The translations under genes were made by a program, and so were the position numbers. DNA of 64,000 nucleotides from a virus: positions 13,320-77,319 of the IMG/VR virus record IMGVR_UViG_3300028802_000008. The stretch is one strand, 5' to 3'. The notes below the pieces were generated by a model that had not been told where the DNA came from, did not search any database, and saw nothing but the letters and a program-made list of their open reading frames with translations. Shown piece by piece: positions 1 through 8,332 of the stretch (position 1 is its first letter; each line of letters starts with the position of its first letter).

Positions 1-38
1 CGCGTCCCGCTCCCTCTCCTGGAAGTGCTGGCACCGTT

Positions 39-452
39 GTGAACAACACCGAACGCTTCCTCTCCGTCATCATGACGGGTGGCCGCTACATCGACATCTG
101 TGAGGGTCTCGGTGGCTTCCACAACGATGCCTGGATGGAACTCATCCTTGGTCATGGCGACATCACCATGACGCCCGATGGCAAAGGCTGGGTGATCGAT
201 TGCCTGCCACATCAGTCCACGCACATCGACACCGGCATCAGCATCTTGCGTGTCATCCACTTCGACCAGGACTACGAGAACTTCCTGTTCGCTCAGGTGT
301 GGGATCGCCGCGACGAGCGCCCGACGTGGAAGTACGCCCTGTTCTACAACACCGGAGCCAACGAATGGGTGCCCGAGGTCATCGCGGCCTGGGACGAACG
401 CCCCAAGTTCGCAGTCGTGAGTGCGATCGTTGACGATTGGCCTGTGGCATGA
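39..452 (+). CDS. hypothetical protein
   Basis: 137-aa ORF with phage-like codon use. Confidence 0.65.
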   Translation: MNNTERFLSVIMTGGRYIDICEGLGGFHNDAWMELILGHGDITMTPDGKGWVIDCLPHQSTHIDTGISILRVIHFDQDYENFLFAQVWDRRDERPTWKYALFYNTGANEWVPEVIAAWDERPKFAVVSAIVDDWPVA

Positions 453-465
453 CTGCCACTATAAT
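437..465 (+). promoter_or_regulatory. SigA-type promoter upstream of recombinase, with palindrome in spacer
   Basis: TTGGCC(437-442)-N17-TATAAT(460-465); spacer contains GTGGCA-tgac-TGCCAC. Confidence 0.55.
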
Positions 466-612
466 TACAGGTGGCTCGGACCCTCATGCAAATAAGCGCA
501 CCATGACATGTTCGCGGTGCGAACGGTCTGTACGACCAAGTCACAGCCGATGCTGTGCCGAATGTGCATGGGGGAGTCACTCCCATTGGTGCAACAAGCG
601 ACAGGAATCAAA

Positions 613-1446
613 ATGAGTACCCCCGAAGAGTTCCAGAAGTATGTGTTGGATCGTGGCCGAAGCCACGCCACGGCCATGAACTACGCGTCCGACCTCCGCA
701 AGTTCCAAGGGTGGGTTTCCCAGGAAGGGGGTGGGGGGTCAAACTCATTTTCGGATGACGTTGAGGCGTTTATCAATGAGCTTCGGGGCAACCCTGAAGT
801 TTCGGTGGCGTCGATCCTCCGCTACATGTCATCGTTGCGAAGCTATTGGCAGTACGCGTCGCGCACCGATCCGACGATCACGCAACCGTTCGTGGACTAC
901 AAGGGACCGCGCACACACAAGCTGTCGTCGCACCCACTGCCCGGAATGATGGCTGACGTGGATGCGATGATCCGGTCGACCTACCGGCCGCACCACAAGA
1001 TTCTGATCGCTCTGTGCGGGTACGCGGGCTGTCGCGTGACCGAAGCCCGCAGTATCACGCCCCGATCCTTGTTCCAGGATCACCAGGGGAACTGGTGGCT
1101 GGGGATCCACGGCAAAGGCGGCACCTATCGGGAAGTTCCCGTCATGGACAAGCTGTTCGACCTGCTGGACGACGCGCCACCGACCGATCCCGATGAGCCT
1201 TATGTCAGGATCAACGATCGAGCGGCAAGAGCGGCCATCACGAACATTGGAGTGCGAGCACGAATCTCACGTCCGGTCGCCAGCCACGACCTCCGTCACA
1301 CGTTCGGCTCCTGGGTCTACGGACAGACGAAGGATCTCCGCGTCACTCAGGAACTTCTGGGGCACGCGGACTCCCGAACCACTCAGGGCTACACACACAT
1401 CGACCAGGAAAGGAAGCGAGCGGCAATCATGGGGGCGTTGACGTGA
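613..1446 (+). CDS. tyrosine recombinase/integrase (XerC/D-like)
   Basis: Catalytic motifs GCRVTEA, HGKGG, HDLRH, LLGH, TTQGY; ATG at 613 after AGGA (the track start at 508 is probably too long). Confidence 0.93.
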   Translation: MSTPEEFQKYVLDRGRSHATAMNYASDLRKFQGWVSQEGGGGSNSFSDDVEAFINELRGNPEVSVASILRYMSSLRSYWQYASRTDPTITQPFVDYKGPRTHKLSSHPLPGMMADVDAMIRSTYRPHHKILIALCGYAGCRVTEARSITPRSLFQDHQGNWWLGIHGKGGTYREVPVMDKLFDLLDDAPPTDPDEPYVRINDRAARAAITNIGVRARISRPVASHDLRHTFGSWVYGQTKDLRVTQELLGHADSRTTQGYTHIDQERKRAAIMGALT

Positions 1447-1655
1447 CCCCCGAGATGCTGTTGCTTCAGAAGCACTTCCCATTCCGCAAGAACGGTCACT
1501 TCCGACTGCCGTTCACCTACAAGGGTGATCAAGTAGCGAAAACTTTCATTCAGGCGCACCTGTGCAACACTTGCGCTGCAATCGTCCCATCCACTGGGCT
1601 GGTCAAACATGCCAAATACCACGGGGGAGCCATCCCCCAGAAAGAAGGAAGATGA
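1443..1655 (+). CDS. hypothetical protein (CxxC...H)
   Basis: GTGA overlap with recombinase stop. Confidence 0.55.
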   Translation: MTPEMLLLQKHFPFRKNGHFRLPFTYKGDQVAKTFIQAHLCNTCAAIVPSTGLVKHAKYHGGAIPQKEGR

Positions 1656-2225
1656 ATGAGGAAACGTGCGGTTCGGACCGCGTTACGAAACGTCCTATTG
1701 ATCGGAGTAGTAGGTATGGCTGCTGGATGCACGCCAGAAGAAATGAATGCCTGGCTCGCCTGGCACGATGCAGATCCCGAATCCGCTATCGCCTGGATCG
1801 AGCGACCCGAGGTTGCCGAAGACCTCACTCTCGACGCCAACCAGGATGGGGAGTTAGTCCAAGCTGAGAGGCTGGCCCCGCCACCACCACCAGTTCCGAC
1901 CGGTCTGAACGGACTTCCGTTTGCGTCCGGTGGCCTGAGTGACTGCGCCGAAATGATGTTCTACGCCAACCAAGTTGGTCTCCCCGGTCGCTTTGAGGGC
2001 ATCGGCTGGAGAGAATCCAACTGTCGAAATGAAGATGGAGTTCACACGTCGTGCTGCTGGGGGTATTGGCAGCTTCACCGGATGCACTTGCCGAAGCCCC
2101 AGTGTGACGCCTGGTCGGCATCGGACATCAACAGTGATGATCCCCTTGAAAAACAACGCCAAGCTTGTGTCGCCAAGGCACTTTATGATGCGGCGGGATT
2201 GAGTCCTTGGAGCGCAACAACATGA
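1656..2225 (+). CDS. lipoprotein with lysozyme-like/SLT transglycosylase domain
   Basis: Signal peptide ending AAG-C, Pro-rich linker, IGWRESNC (catalytic Glu), GYWQL, C-terminal A.ALY..AG.SPW. Confidence 0.75.
   Translation: MRKRAVRTALRNVLLIGVVGMAAGCTPEEMNAWLAWHDADPESAIAWIERPEVAEDLTLDANQDGELVQAERLAPPPPPVPTGLNGLPFASGGLSDCAEMMFYANQVGLPGRFEGIGWRESNCRNEDGVHTSCCWGYWQLHRMHLPKPQCDAWSASDINSDDPLEKQRQACVAKALYDAAGLSPWSATT
2167..2225 (+). repeat. copy 1 of 59-bp imperfect direct repeat (3' end of SLT gene)
   Basis: 45/59 identical to 2601-2659; encodes VAKALYDAAGLSPWSATT*. Confidence 0.95.
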
Positions 2226-2659
2226 CACCTTGCCGTGAATACCAGGGCACCATCAGCAGCGCGGGGTATGGGGTTCGACATGGTGAAGCCGCCAAAAGAT
2301 TCCAAACGGCCTACGTCCATCGACAGATCATGATCATGGCTGGTCACAACATCGAAGGGAAGGAGGTCATGCACATCTGTGACAATCCTCGTTGCTTCCG
2401 GTACGACCATCTCCGGGTGGGAACTCACGCTGAGAACATGGCTGATATGAAAGCGAAGGGGAGATACAAGGACAGGTCTCAAGGGAAGTTGACTCCCATC
2501 CCTCACGGGACCAACGCTGGGTATGCCCGTCATCAACATCGAGGCGAGATACCTTGTGATCAATGCAAAAAGGCGCGTCAGGAGTACGACCGTGAACGTC
2601 GTGTCGCAAAAGCACTTTATGATGCGGCGGGGATGTCGCCCTGGAGTGCGACCTCATAG
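2222..2659 (+). CDS. HNH endonuclease (free-standing homing type)
   Basis: GYG, VHR, HICDNPRC...HLRVGTHAENMAD; C-terminal HGT...CDQC; ATGA-coupled start. Confidence 0.9.
   Translation: MTPCREYQGTISSAGYGVRHGEAAKRFQTAYVHRQIMIMAGHNIEGKEVMHICDNPRCFRYDHLRVGTHAENMADMKAKGRYKDRSQGKLTPIPHGTNAGYARHQHRGEIPCDQCKKARQEYDRERRVAKALYDAAGMSPWSATS
2601..2659 (+). repeat. copy 2 of 59-bp direct repeat (now the HNH C-terminus)
   Basis: Encodes VAKALYDAAGMSPWSATS*. Confidence 0.95.
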
Positions 2660-2673
2660 AACAGGAGGCAATC

Positions 2674-3303
2674 ATGACCGCCAAGGTCTCAGCCAAGATT
2701 TGGGTCTGCAAATACGGATGTCCTTACGTCTACAGATCGACCATTCCGATCTCGGCGAACGCTCACTTCTGCCCGAAACGCAAGGGGGAACATGTGGAGT
2801 CGATTCCGCAGAAAGAAGTTCCCGAAATTGCTTGTGTTTCGGACGATGACCCTGTACCTTCACTAACACCACAAGCACCAACGTCCAAGGAGGACACAGA
2901 TATGGCAACAACCCGAGCCGAACCCAAGGAATCGGCCACGAAGCCCAAGCTCAAGGCAGTGCCCAAGGAGGCAACTGTCGAGAAGAAGGGTCGTCGTTCG
3001 ATGGGTGGTCGCGGTTGGCTCGCTACGAAGGTCGAAGCGTACCTTCGTACACGCCCGACCGAGACCGTCTCGGTCGGCGAGATCGTGAAGTCGATCAAGA
3101 ACGTCGAAGGCGAGCATCCGTCAACGGGAGCCGTCGCCGCAGTCATCCTCCGATGGGGTGAGGCGGGATACATCAAGGTCAAGAATGAGCGTCCGCTCTC
3201 GTTCAATGGGTACACGGCCAAGTGGAAGGAATCCAGCTTGGATGCGTTCCTGGAGTTTGAGAAGACGAGGCGCGCCAAGGCCAAGGCGGCTGCGAAGGCT
3301 TGA
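2674..3303 (+). CDS. basic, putative DNA-binding protein; likely alternative start at 2902
   Basis: Lys/Arg-rich with a winged-helix-like segment; strong AAGGAGG before ATG 2902. Confidence 0.7.
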   Translation: MTAKVSAKIWVCKYGCPYVYRSTIPISANAHFCPKRKGEHVESIPQKEVPEIACVSDDDPVPSLTPQAPTSKEDTDMATTRAEPKESATKPKLKAVPKEATVEKKGRRSMGGRGWLATKVEAYLRTRPTETVSVGEIVKSIKNVEGEHPSTGAVAAVILRWGEAGYIKVKNERPLSFNGYTAKWKESSLDAFLEFEKTRRAKAKAAAKA

Positions 3304-3557
3304 GTCAAGCCAGGCCGTCCGTAACGCTCCCGGCCCACACTTTCTTCTACACGACGGATCAGGTCGCACTGATTCTGAACGTGGAAGAGGCGTGGGTCCG
3401 GGAGCGTTGCTACCTCGTAGGCAGAATGCCCGACACCCATGTTCGGAGCAAGTTGCAAGTCGTCAATCTCGCGGAGCCGAATGAACGGCCTCGATGGAGG
3501 ATCAGTGATCGCGAACTCACTCGCTGGCTGATCCGGAAAGGGTACCAAGTCTCATGA
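3300..3557 (+). CDS. HTH (excisionase/MerR-like) DNA-binding protein
   Basis: FYTTDQVALILNVEEAWVR...WRIS pattern. Confidence 0.7.
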   Translation: MSQARPSVTLPAHTFFYTTDQVALILNVEEAWVRERCYLVGRMPDTHVRSKLQVVNLAEPNERPRWRISDRELTRWLIRKGYQVS

Positions 3558-4168
3558 ATGAGACGACCCGTTTACTGAAGTTCAATTCAGAGATGTTGTT
3601 GTGGTTCGACCTGGAGACCACCGGGTTGGACGAGAAGACCGAGGTCATCCTGGAAGTGGGGTGGGGGATCACCGGGTTCGACCTGGAGTGGATTCTTGAA
3701 CCCATCAGTTACTTGGTCGACGCGAACATCATTTTTCAACCCACCAGGGTCGAAGTAAAAGGACTGGGGAAAGCTCACGATGTCGATCCCTACGTCTACA
3801 AGATGCACCAGCAATCTGGACTGTGGCAAGACCTGATGGACAAGAAACGTCTGTCATTGTCAGAAGTCGAGCGCACCATCCTCTCGGTGCTGAACATCAA
3901 CTCCAAAGCCAAGATCACGATGGCCGGTGCGGGAGTCGCCCAGTACGACATGCGGTGGATCAAGTACCACATGCCTGATCTGCACGCACGCTTGACCTAC
4001 TACACGATCGACACCGGCATCCACGAACGTGTGGAGAGCCTGGTGAGGCGTCGCGAGATCCGAGGGCCGAGTTCAACCGCCAAGCATCGCTCCGTGGACG
4101 ACATTCTTCAGAGCCACGAACGACTTATCCGCTACCGAACTGAAGTCCTGACCGGTGTGGCACGGTGA
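3554..4168 (+). CDS. oligoribonuclease-like DEDDh 3'-5' exonuclease
   Basis: WFDLETTGLD, MHQQSGL, AGAGVAQYD, YTID, HRSVDDI. Confidence 0.85.
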   Translation: MNETTRLLKFNSEMLLWFDLETTGLDEKTEVILEVGWGITGFDLEWILEPISYLVDANIIFQPTRVEVKGLGKAHDVDPYVYKMHQQSGLWQDLMDKKRLSLSEVERTILSVLNINSKAKITMAGAGVAQYDMRWIKYHMPDLHARLTYYTIDTGIHERVESLVRRREIRGPSSTAKHRSVDDILQSHERLIRYRTEVLTGVAR

Positions 4169-4420
4169 GTGTTGGTGACACCATCAAGATTGCTCTCGTC
4201 ATCGCCACCACCTTCGCTGTGATCTGTTGGATCGTGATCGACTACATCAAGGATGAAGAATGAGCAAGCGCATCAAGGTCACCGGGTACATCAGTCTCTC
4301 CGTTCTGCCCGAGGAATACCAAGACCTCAACCACGAGACTGGGCTGTCCGAGAAGGGATACTTGGACATCGGAGAAGTGGTTGAGTACATGGAGGACATC
4401 ATCACTGAGGTAGTCGAAGA

Positions 4421-4801
4421 GTGAGAGACCTGCTTTACATCGCTGGGCCTTACAGTCACCCCGATCCGGTCGAGAACACTCACCGGGCCTGTCGAGTGGC
4501 TACGGCGATCTTTGAGCAGACGTTGTGGGTGCCGATGCTCCCGCACATCACACTGGCTTGGCACTTGGTCACGCCGCGACCGGTGGAGTTCTGGTATGCA
4601 CTCGACCTCCACCATCTCGCGGCGTGCAAGGCAATTGTACGACTGCCCGGTGATTCGACGGGCGCGGACGCCGAAATGCAATTCGCTGAAGGGCTAGGAA
4701 TCGAAGAATTTTCCTTCTGGGAATTGCCTCTGAATATCCGAAATCTCTGGTTGCTATCCGAATCAAGAAGCGCTATGGTGGGACATGAAGACATTCACTA
4801 A
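4421..4801 (+). CDS. DUF4406/DUF1937-like protein (deoxyribosyltransferase-like fold)
   Basis: YIAGPYS, PH, C.AIVRLPG.S.GA..E. Confidence 0.7.
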   Translation: MRDLLYIAGPYSHPDPVENTHRACRVATAIFEQTLWVPMLPHITLAWHLVTPRPVEFWYALDLHHLAACKAIVRLPGDSTGADAEMQFAEGLGIEEFSFWELPLNIRNLWLLSESRSAMVGHEDIH

Positions 4802-4918
4802 TGTCGTAGCCATCACTCTGGTGGTCGCGACTGCCATCCTGGTACTGTCGCTAATCGCTTGGACAGTCATCAGCATCTGGTCGGCTATCCTCTGACCACT
4901 ACTCGCTCAGGAGGAACA

Positions 4919-5401
4919 ATGAGCACACCGAAACGAACAAACCGCAAGGGCGACTCTCAGGGTCTCCCGCAGGCGACCACCGGCCCGATCGCACACGATC
5001 TGGTGTCGAACGATCTGACGATCCACGCGGTCGGTAGGTACGTCGAAGACATCGATGAGTTGTACGACAGTCTCATGGACGGGGCCATCCTCGTTCACAG
5101 GATTCGTATGCGAGGGTCGAAGCCGGTGGGATACGTCGAAGACATCACCGCTGACATCGATGCTCGCTTGAAGCTGGGGATCGAACGCTACGGGCAACCG
5201 CTCCAACCGTTCAATGGTCGCGACATGCTGCTGGATGCTTACGAAGAGATCCTGGATGCGCTCGTGTACCTGCGTGCTGCTCTCTATGAGATCGACCACG
5301 AGAAGAATCCGCGGCCTGCGATCTTCGGCGACAAGGTCACCGAGGCGAAGCAGATGGCTGACAACGACGACGCCAAGCCAATCAAGCGGGCAGAACCCTG
5401 A
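4919..5401 (+). CDS. phage protein, possibly all-alpha NTP pyrophosphohydrolase-like
   Basis: GIERYG...DAYEEILDALVY; AGGAGG RBS. Confidence 0.55.
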   Translation: MSTPKRTNRKGDSQGLPQATTGPIAHDLVSNDLTIHAVGRYVEDIDELYDSLMDGAILVHRIRMRGSKPVGYVEDITADIDARLKLGIERYGQPLQPFNGRDMLLDAYEEILDALVYLRAALYEIDHEKNPRPAIFGDKVTEAKQMADNDDAKPIKRAEP

Positions 5402-5739
5402 TGCCGTATGGGTTGGCAATTGACCTTGACGCGATCAAATGCGTTGACCTGGGACATCGATGGAGTGAGACCTTCTACGGTCGGGCACCGGCAGGAAAGC
5501 GACGGGGGAACCCGATCCGCTGCTGCGTGTGCGACACCTGTGGGTCCGGGCGCATCGAGTACCTGAAGTGGGACGGCAAAGTCTTTGACCGTGACTACGA
5601 CCCAGACGATGCGTACCTCGCGAACGCTCGTCTCCTGGGGCCATTCCGGGACCGACGCACGGTCCTGCGTAAGGCCAAGAACGACCGACTGAAGAAGGAA
5701 GGGAATCGAGGAATCCTCAATGGCCAAGCAGATGACTGA
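5401..5739 (+). CDS. hypothetical Cys-containing protein
   Basis: Translationally coupled ORF; C...H, CDTC. Confidence 0.65.
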   Translation: MPYGLAIDLDAIKCVDLGHRWSETFYGRAPAGKRRGNPIRCCVCDTCGSGRIEYLKWDGKVFDRDYDPDDAYLANARLLGPFRDRRTVLRKAKNDRLKKEGNRGILNGQADD

Positions 5740-6082
5740 CCAAGCAAAAGAGAACATGCAGTTGGGGGCCAAGGCGATGCGCGCCATCGAGGCGTACCTC
5801 GTTTACATCAACCAGTACAAGACCCGTGGTCGCCCTTTGAGCAGTGAATCTCTTGAGAACAAGATCGCTGACGAGGCTCGTCTCGCTCAGAAGGTGATCC
5901 TGATCGCCAAGTTGCATGAGGCGATCCGTCGCGAAGAGTTGGCCCAGGAGGAAGAGGCTCTGAAGAAGGAGTTCGTCAAGTACGCTCCCTGGTTCTCGGA
6001 GCAGCACGGCGTGACGTATCCGGCATGGCGGGAGATCGGCGTGTCAGCCTTCGTACTTGCAGAAGCAGGGATCAAGCCGTAA
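5720..6082 (+). CDS. small basic protein resembling a conserved Acidimicrobiia protein (RGR motif)
   Basis: AIEAYL, RGRP, FVK.A..FSEQHGVTYPAWREIGVSAFVLAEAGI; family recognised from memory. Confidence 0.65.
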   Translation: MAKQMTDQAKENMQLGAKAMRAIEAYLVYINQYKTRGRPLSSESLENKIADEARLAQKVILIAKLHEAIRREELAQEEEALKKEFVKYAPWFSEQHGVTYPAWREIGVSAFVLAEAGIKP

Positions 6083-6330
6083 TGGCCAACTGCGACATCT
6101 GCTTGAAGTCCAAGGGATGTTCGCGGCCACTGAATCATGCGGGGCGTTGCAACGACGTTCTAACTTATGTCTGCCTGTGCCATGAGCCTGAAATTGAGGT
6201 TCTCAAGGTGTGGAGAAGCGTTTGTGGCGATGCACTTCAGTGCAGGAAATGTCACCGTTGCGTGGACCCACAGCATGGTCTACAGTTGCCTCTCCCCGCG
6301 AGCACCAAATCGAACCTCGCTGGAACTTGA
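6082..6330 (+). CDS. Cys-rich hypothetical protein
   Basis: TAATG coupling; several CxxC/CxC motifs. Confidence 0.5.
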   Translation: MANCDICLKSKGCSRPLNHAGRCNDVLTYVCLCHEPEIEVLKVWRSVCGDALQCRKCHRCVDPQHGLQLPLPASTKSNLAGT

Positions 6331-6357
6331 CAGTCGAAACATACACAACAGATAAGG

Positions 6358-7242
6358 ATGCAAGACATGGCAAAAGCCGACGCAATAGACGTGGTGGACG
6401 ACGACGAGAAAGTGGCGGTTCCCGCCATCCCGGCCAGCGACATCGATGGCCTGGAAGATGTCGATGAGACCGACATCACGATTCCGCGACTCACCATCGA
6501 CCACAAGAATGGTTGGTTCGTGGACTCACAGACCAACGAAACCTTCACCGAGTTCCAGTGCATCATGCTTGGACTGGTGAAGCAGCGTGTGCTGTGGCCT
6601 CCGACTCCCGGCGAAGAGGGTGACGGTCCACTCTGCCGGTCAGTTGACTTCACCACTGGCTCTCCGTATCTCTCTGGATGGGTGGAGAAGTACAACGGGA
6701 TCACGGCTCAGAAGCAGTCAGGGTTCACCATCCAGGAGGTCGAGGATGGCAATCTGCCTTGCAACAACTGCGGACTGAAAGAGTGGGATTCCCATCCCAC
6801 CGGCACCACGCCGTGGTGCAATGAGCAGTTCGTCTTTCCCATCATCCGCATCACGGATGAGGGCGGCTACATGCCTGCCCTGCTCACGTTCCAGAAGACT
6901 GGACTGAAGCCCTGCAAGTCCTACATCTCGGGTTTCAAGTCCTCACGACGCCCGCTGTACTCGGCCCTGACACTGATCTCGGCCATCCATCAGCGCAAGG
7001 GCACCGTGGAGTACGTCACCCCCAGCTTCACGCGCCTCAGCGACTCGGACCCGACCGAATGGCCGAAGTATTCGGAATCGCTGCACAACATTCGGGATTT
7101 CATCACGACTCCCCGGACGATGGAGGAAGCGGTGACGACCGAGGAAAAGGAAGAGGAAGAGACGACGCCAACGCCCACACCAACGGCTGCGGCACCGACG
7201 GCTCCCGTCATCGATGACGAGGACGAGGACGAACCCTTCTGA
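6358..7242 (+). CDS. putative ssDNA-binding protein
   Basis: IPRLTI motif, Cys cluster, acidic tail ending DDEDEDEPF. Confidence 0.6.
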   Translation: MQDMAKADAIDVVDDDEKVAVPAIPASDIDGLEDVDETDITIPRLTIDHKNGWFVDSQTNETFTEFQCIMLGLVKQRVLWPPTPGEEGDGPLCRSVDFTTGSPYLSGWVEKYNGITAQKQSGFTIQEVEDGNLPCNNCGLKEWDSHPTGTTPWCNEQFVFPIIRITDEGGYMPALLTFQKTGLKPCKSYISGFKSSRRPLYSALTLISAIHQRKGTVEYVTPSFTRLSDSDPTEWPKYSESLHNIRDFITTPRTMEEAVTTEEKEEEETTPTPTPTAAAPTAPVIDDEDEDEPF

Positions 7243-7250
7243 CAAGATCA

Positions 7251-7373
7251 CTGTGAGGGAGAGGGGTAGTTTAGTCCCTTGATGCTATGGATAAGCACTC
7301 TCCCTCGCAGTACAAGGTGACAGGGGGGAGGGGGTCTTCCGAAGACGGGCGGGAACCCTCCCCCTCTCTGTCA
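7251..7373 (+). terminator. tandem GC-rich hairpins (terminator or structured RNA)
   Basis: CTGTGAGGGAGAG...CTCTCCCTCGCAG and TGACAGGGGGGAGGG...CCCTCCCCCTCTCTGTCA. Confidence 0.55.
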
Positions 7374-7416
7374 ATAGCGTTGGTCCTATCCGGGATCGAC
7401 TTATCAAGGAGTAACA

Positions 7417-7827
7417 ATGGCAAGTTTAATGGTTCCCTCAGTCGAAGTTCTGAGGAAGATGACCGATCAAGAACTACTCACTCTGCGGACTGACATCGCT
7501 GCTGATCTCGGACTGATCCAGGGTCAGATCCGATTCAACGATGAGATCAAGGATGAGGAATGGAAGAAGCGCACAGGGATGGCGGCTCACTACCGCGAAC
7601 AGGGTCTCCGAACGATCAAGAACATCCTCGCTGAGCGGCACGAATACCATGCCGTCCTGCTGAGTTCGTGGATGAAATGCCTGACCACCGTGGCTGACGC
7701 CGCCGAAGCTGTCATCGAGAAATACGAATACGACGCCGAGGATGAGCCGGAATACGTCACCTTGGAAAAGGCGATCGAGTTGTATCAGAGCTTCCGGGTG
7801 AGCGCAGAGATCACGGCCGACGCATGA
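7417..7827 (+). CDS. hypothetical protein
   Basis: AAGGAG RBS; helical. Confidence 0.75.
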   Translation: MASLMVPSVEVLRKMTDQELLTLRTDIAADLGLIQGQIRFNDEIKDEEWKKRTGMAAHYREQGLRTIKNILAERHEYHAVLLSSWMKCLTTVADAAEAVIEKYEYDAEDEPEYVTLEKAIELYQSFRVSAEITADA

Positions 7828-8051
7828 AGATTCACGTCACCTTCGACGCTGACGATCTGATCAATCTTCAGTTCACCGGTAACACATCAGGAGCAACGGG
7901 CCGTCAGTACATGACTCAGGGCAAGGACAGAGAGTCCCGTCCTTCGTTCTACGCCGAAGGCGCAGAACTGCGTCAGATCGCTGACCACTTCGATCAACTT
8001 GCCACCGAGGCGGGGTACCCGCCCCATTGGCGAATCGAGGTCGGATTGTGA
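7824..8051 (+). CDS. hypothetical protein
   Basis: ATGA overlap. Confidence 0.6.
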   Translation: MKIHVTFDADDLINLQFTGNTSGATGRQYMTQGKDRESRPSFYAEGAELRQIADHFDQLATEAGYPPHWRIEVGL

Positions 8052-8332
8052 GACGTATGAAGTGGCTGATTCCCGCACTGCTCGTGCTCGCCGCGTGCGG
8101 CACGGACGGCGAAGAGTTCAACGATGCCCCCAAGCTGAACAACGTGGACACTGGTGCAGTACGCATCAGCTTCCCCGACGGGTTCAGCAACGTGGCAGCG
8201 AAGTGTTTCGGCACCGACATGGTCTACTCATCCACCAACTCCCCCTCAGGGAGCGGGCGTTCGATGGCCGTGTCGTCCAATCACCCGTGGTGCGCCGACG
8301 GGATTCTGACCGAGGAAGAGCAGAAGCAATGA
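8048..8332 (+). CDS. small lipoprotein
   Basis: MKWLIPALLVLAA-C lipobox. Confidence 0.7.
   Translation: MRRMKWLIPALLVLAACGTDGEEFNDAPKLNNVDTGAVRISFPDGFSNVAAKCFGTDMVYSSTNSPSGSGRSMAVSSNHPWCADGILTEEEQKQ

Noticed and set aside
2222-2659. Group I intron or intein around the HNH
   Set aside because: The upstream gene is complete with its own stop, the HNH ORF fills the whole insert leaving no room for a ribozyme core, and there are no intein motifs.
7999-8328. N-terminal extension of the helicase in the ORF track
   Set aside because: It overlaps a credible lipoprotein gene; the ATGA-coupled start at 8329 is better.
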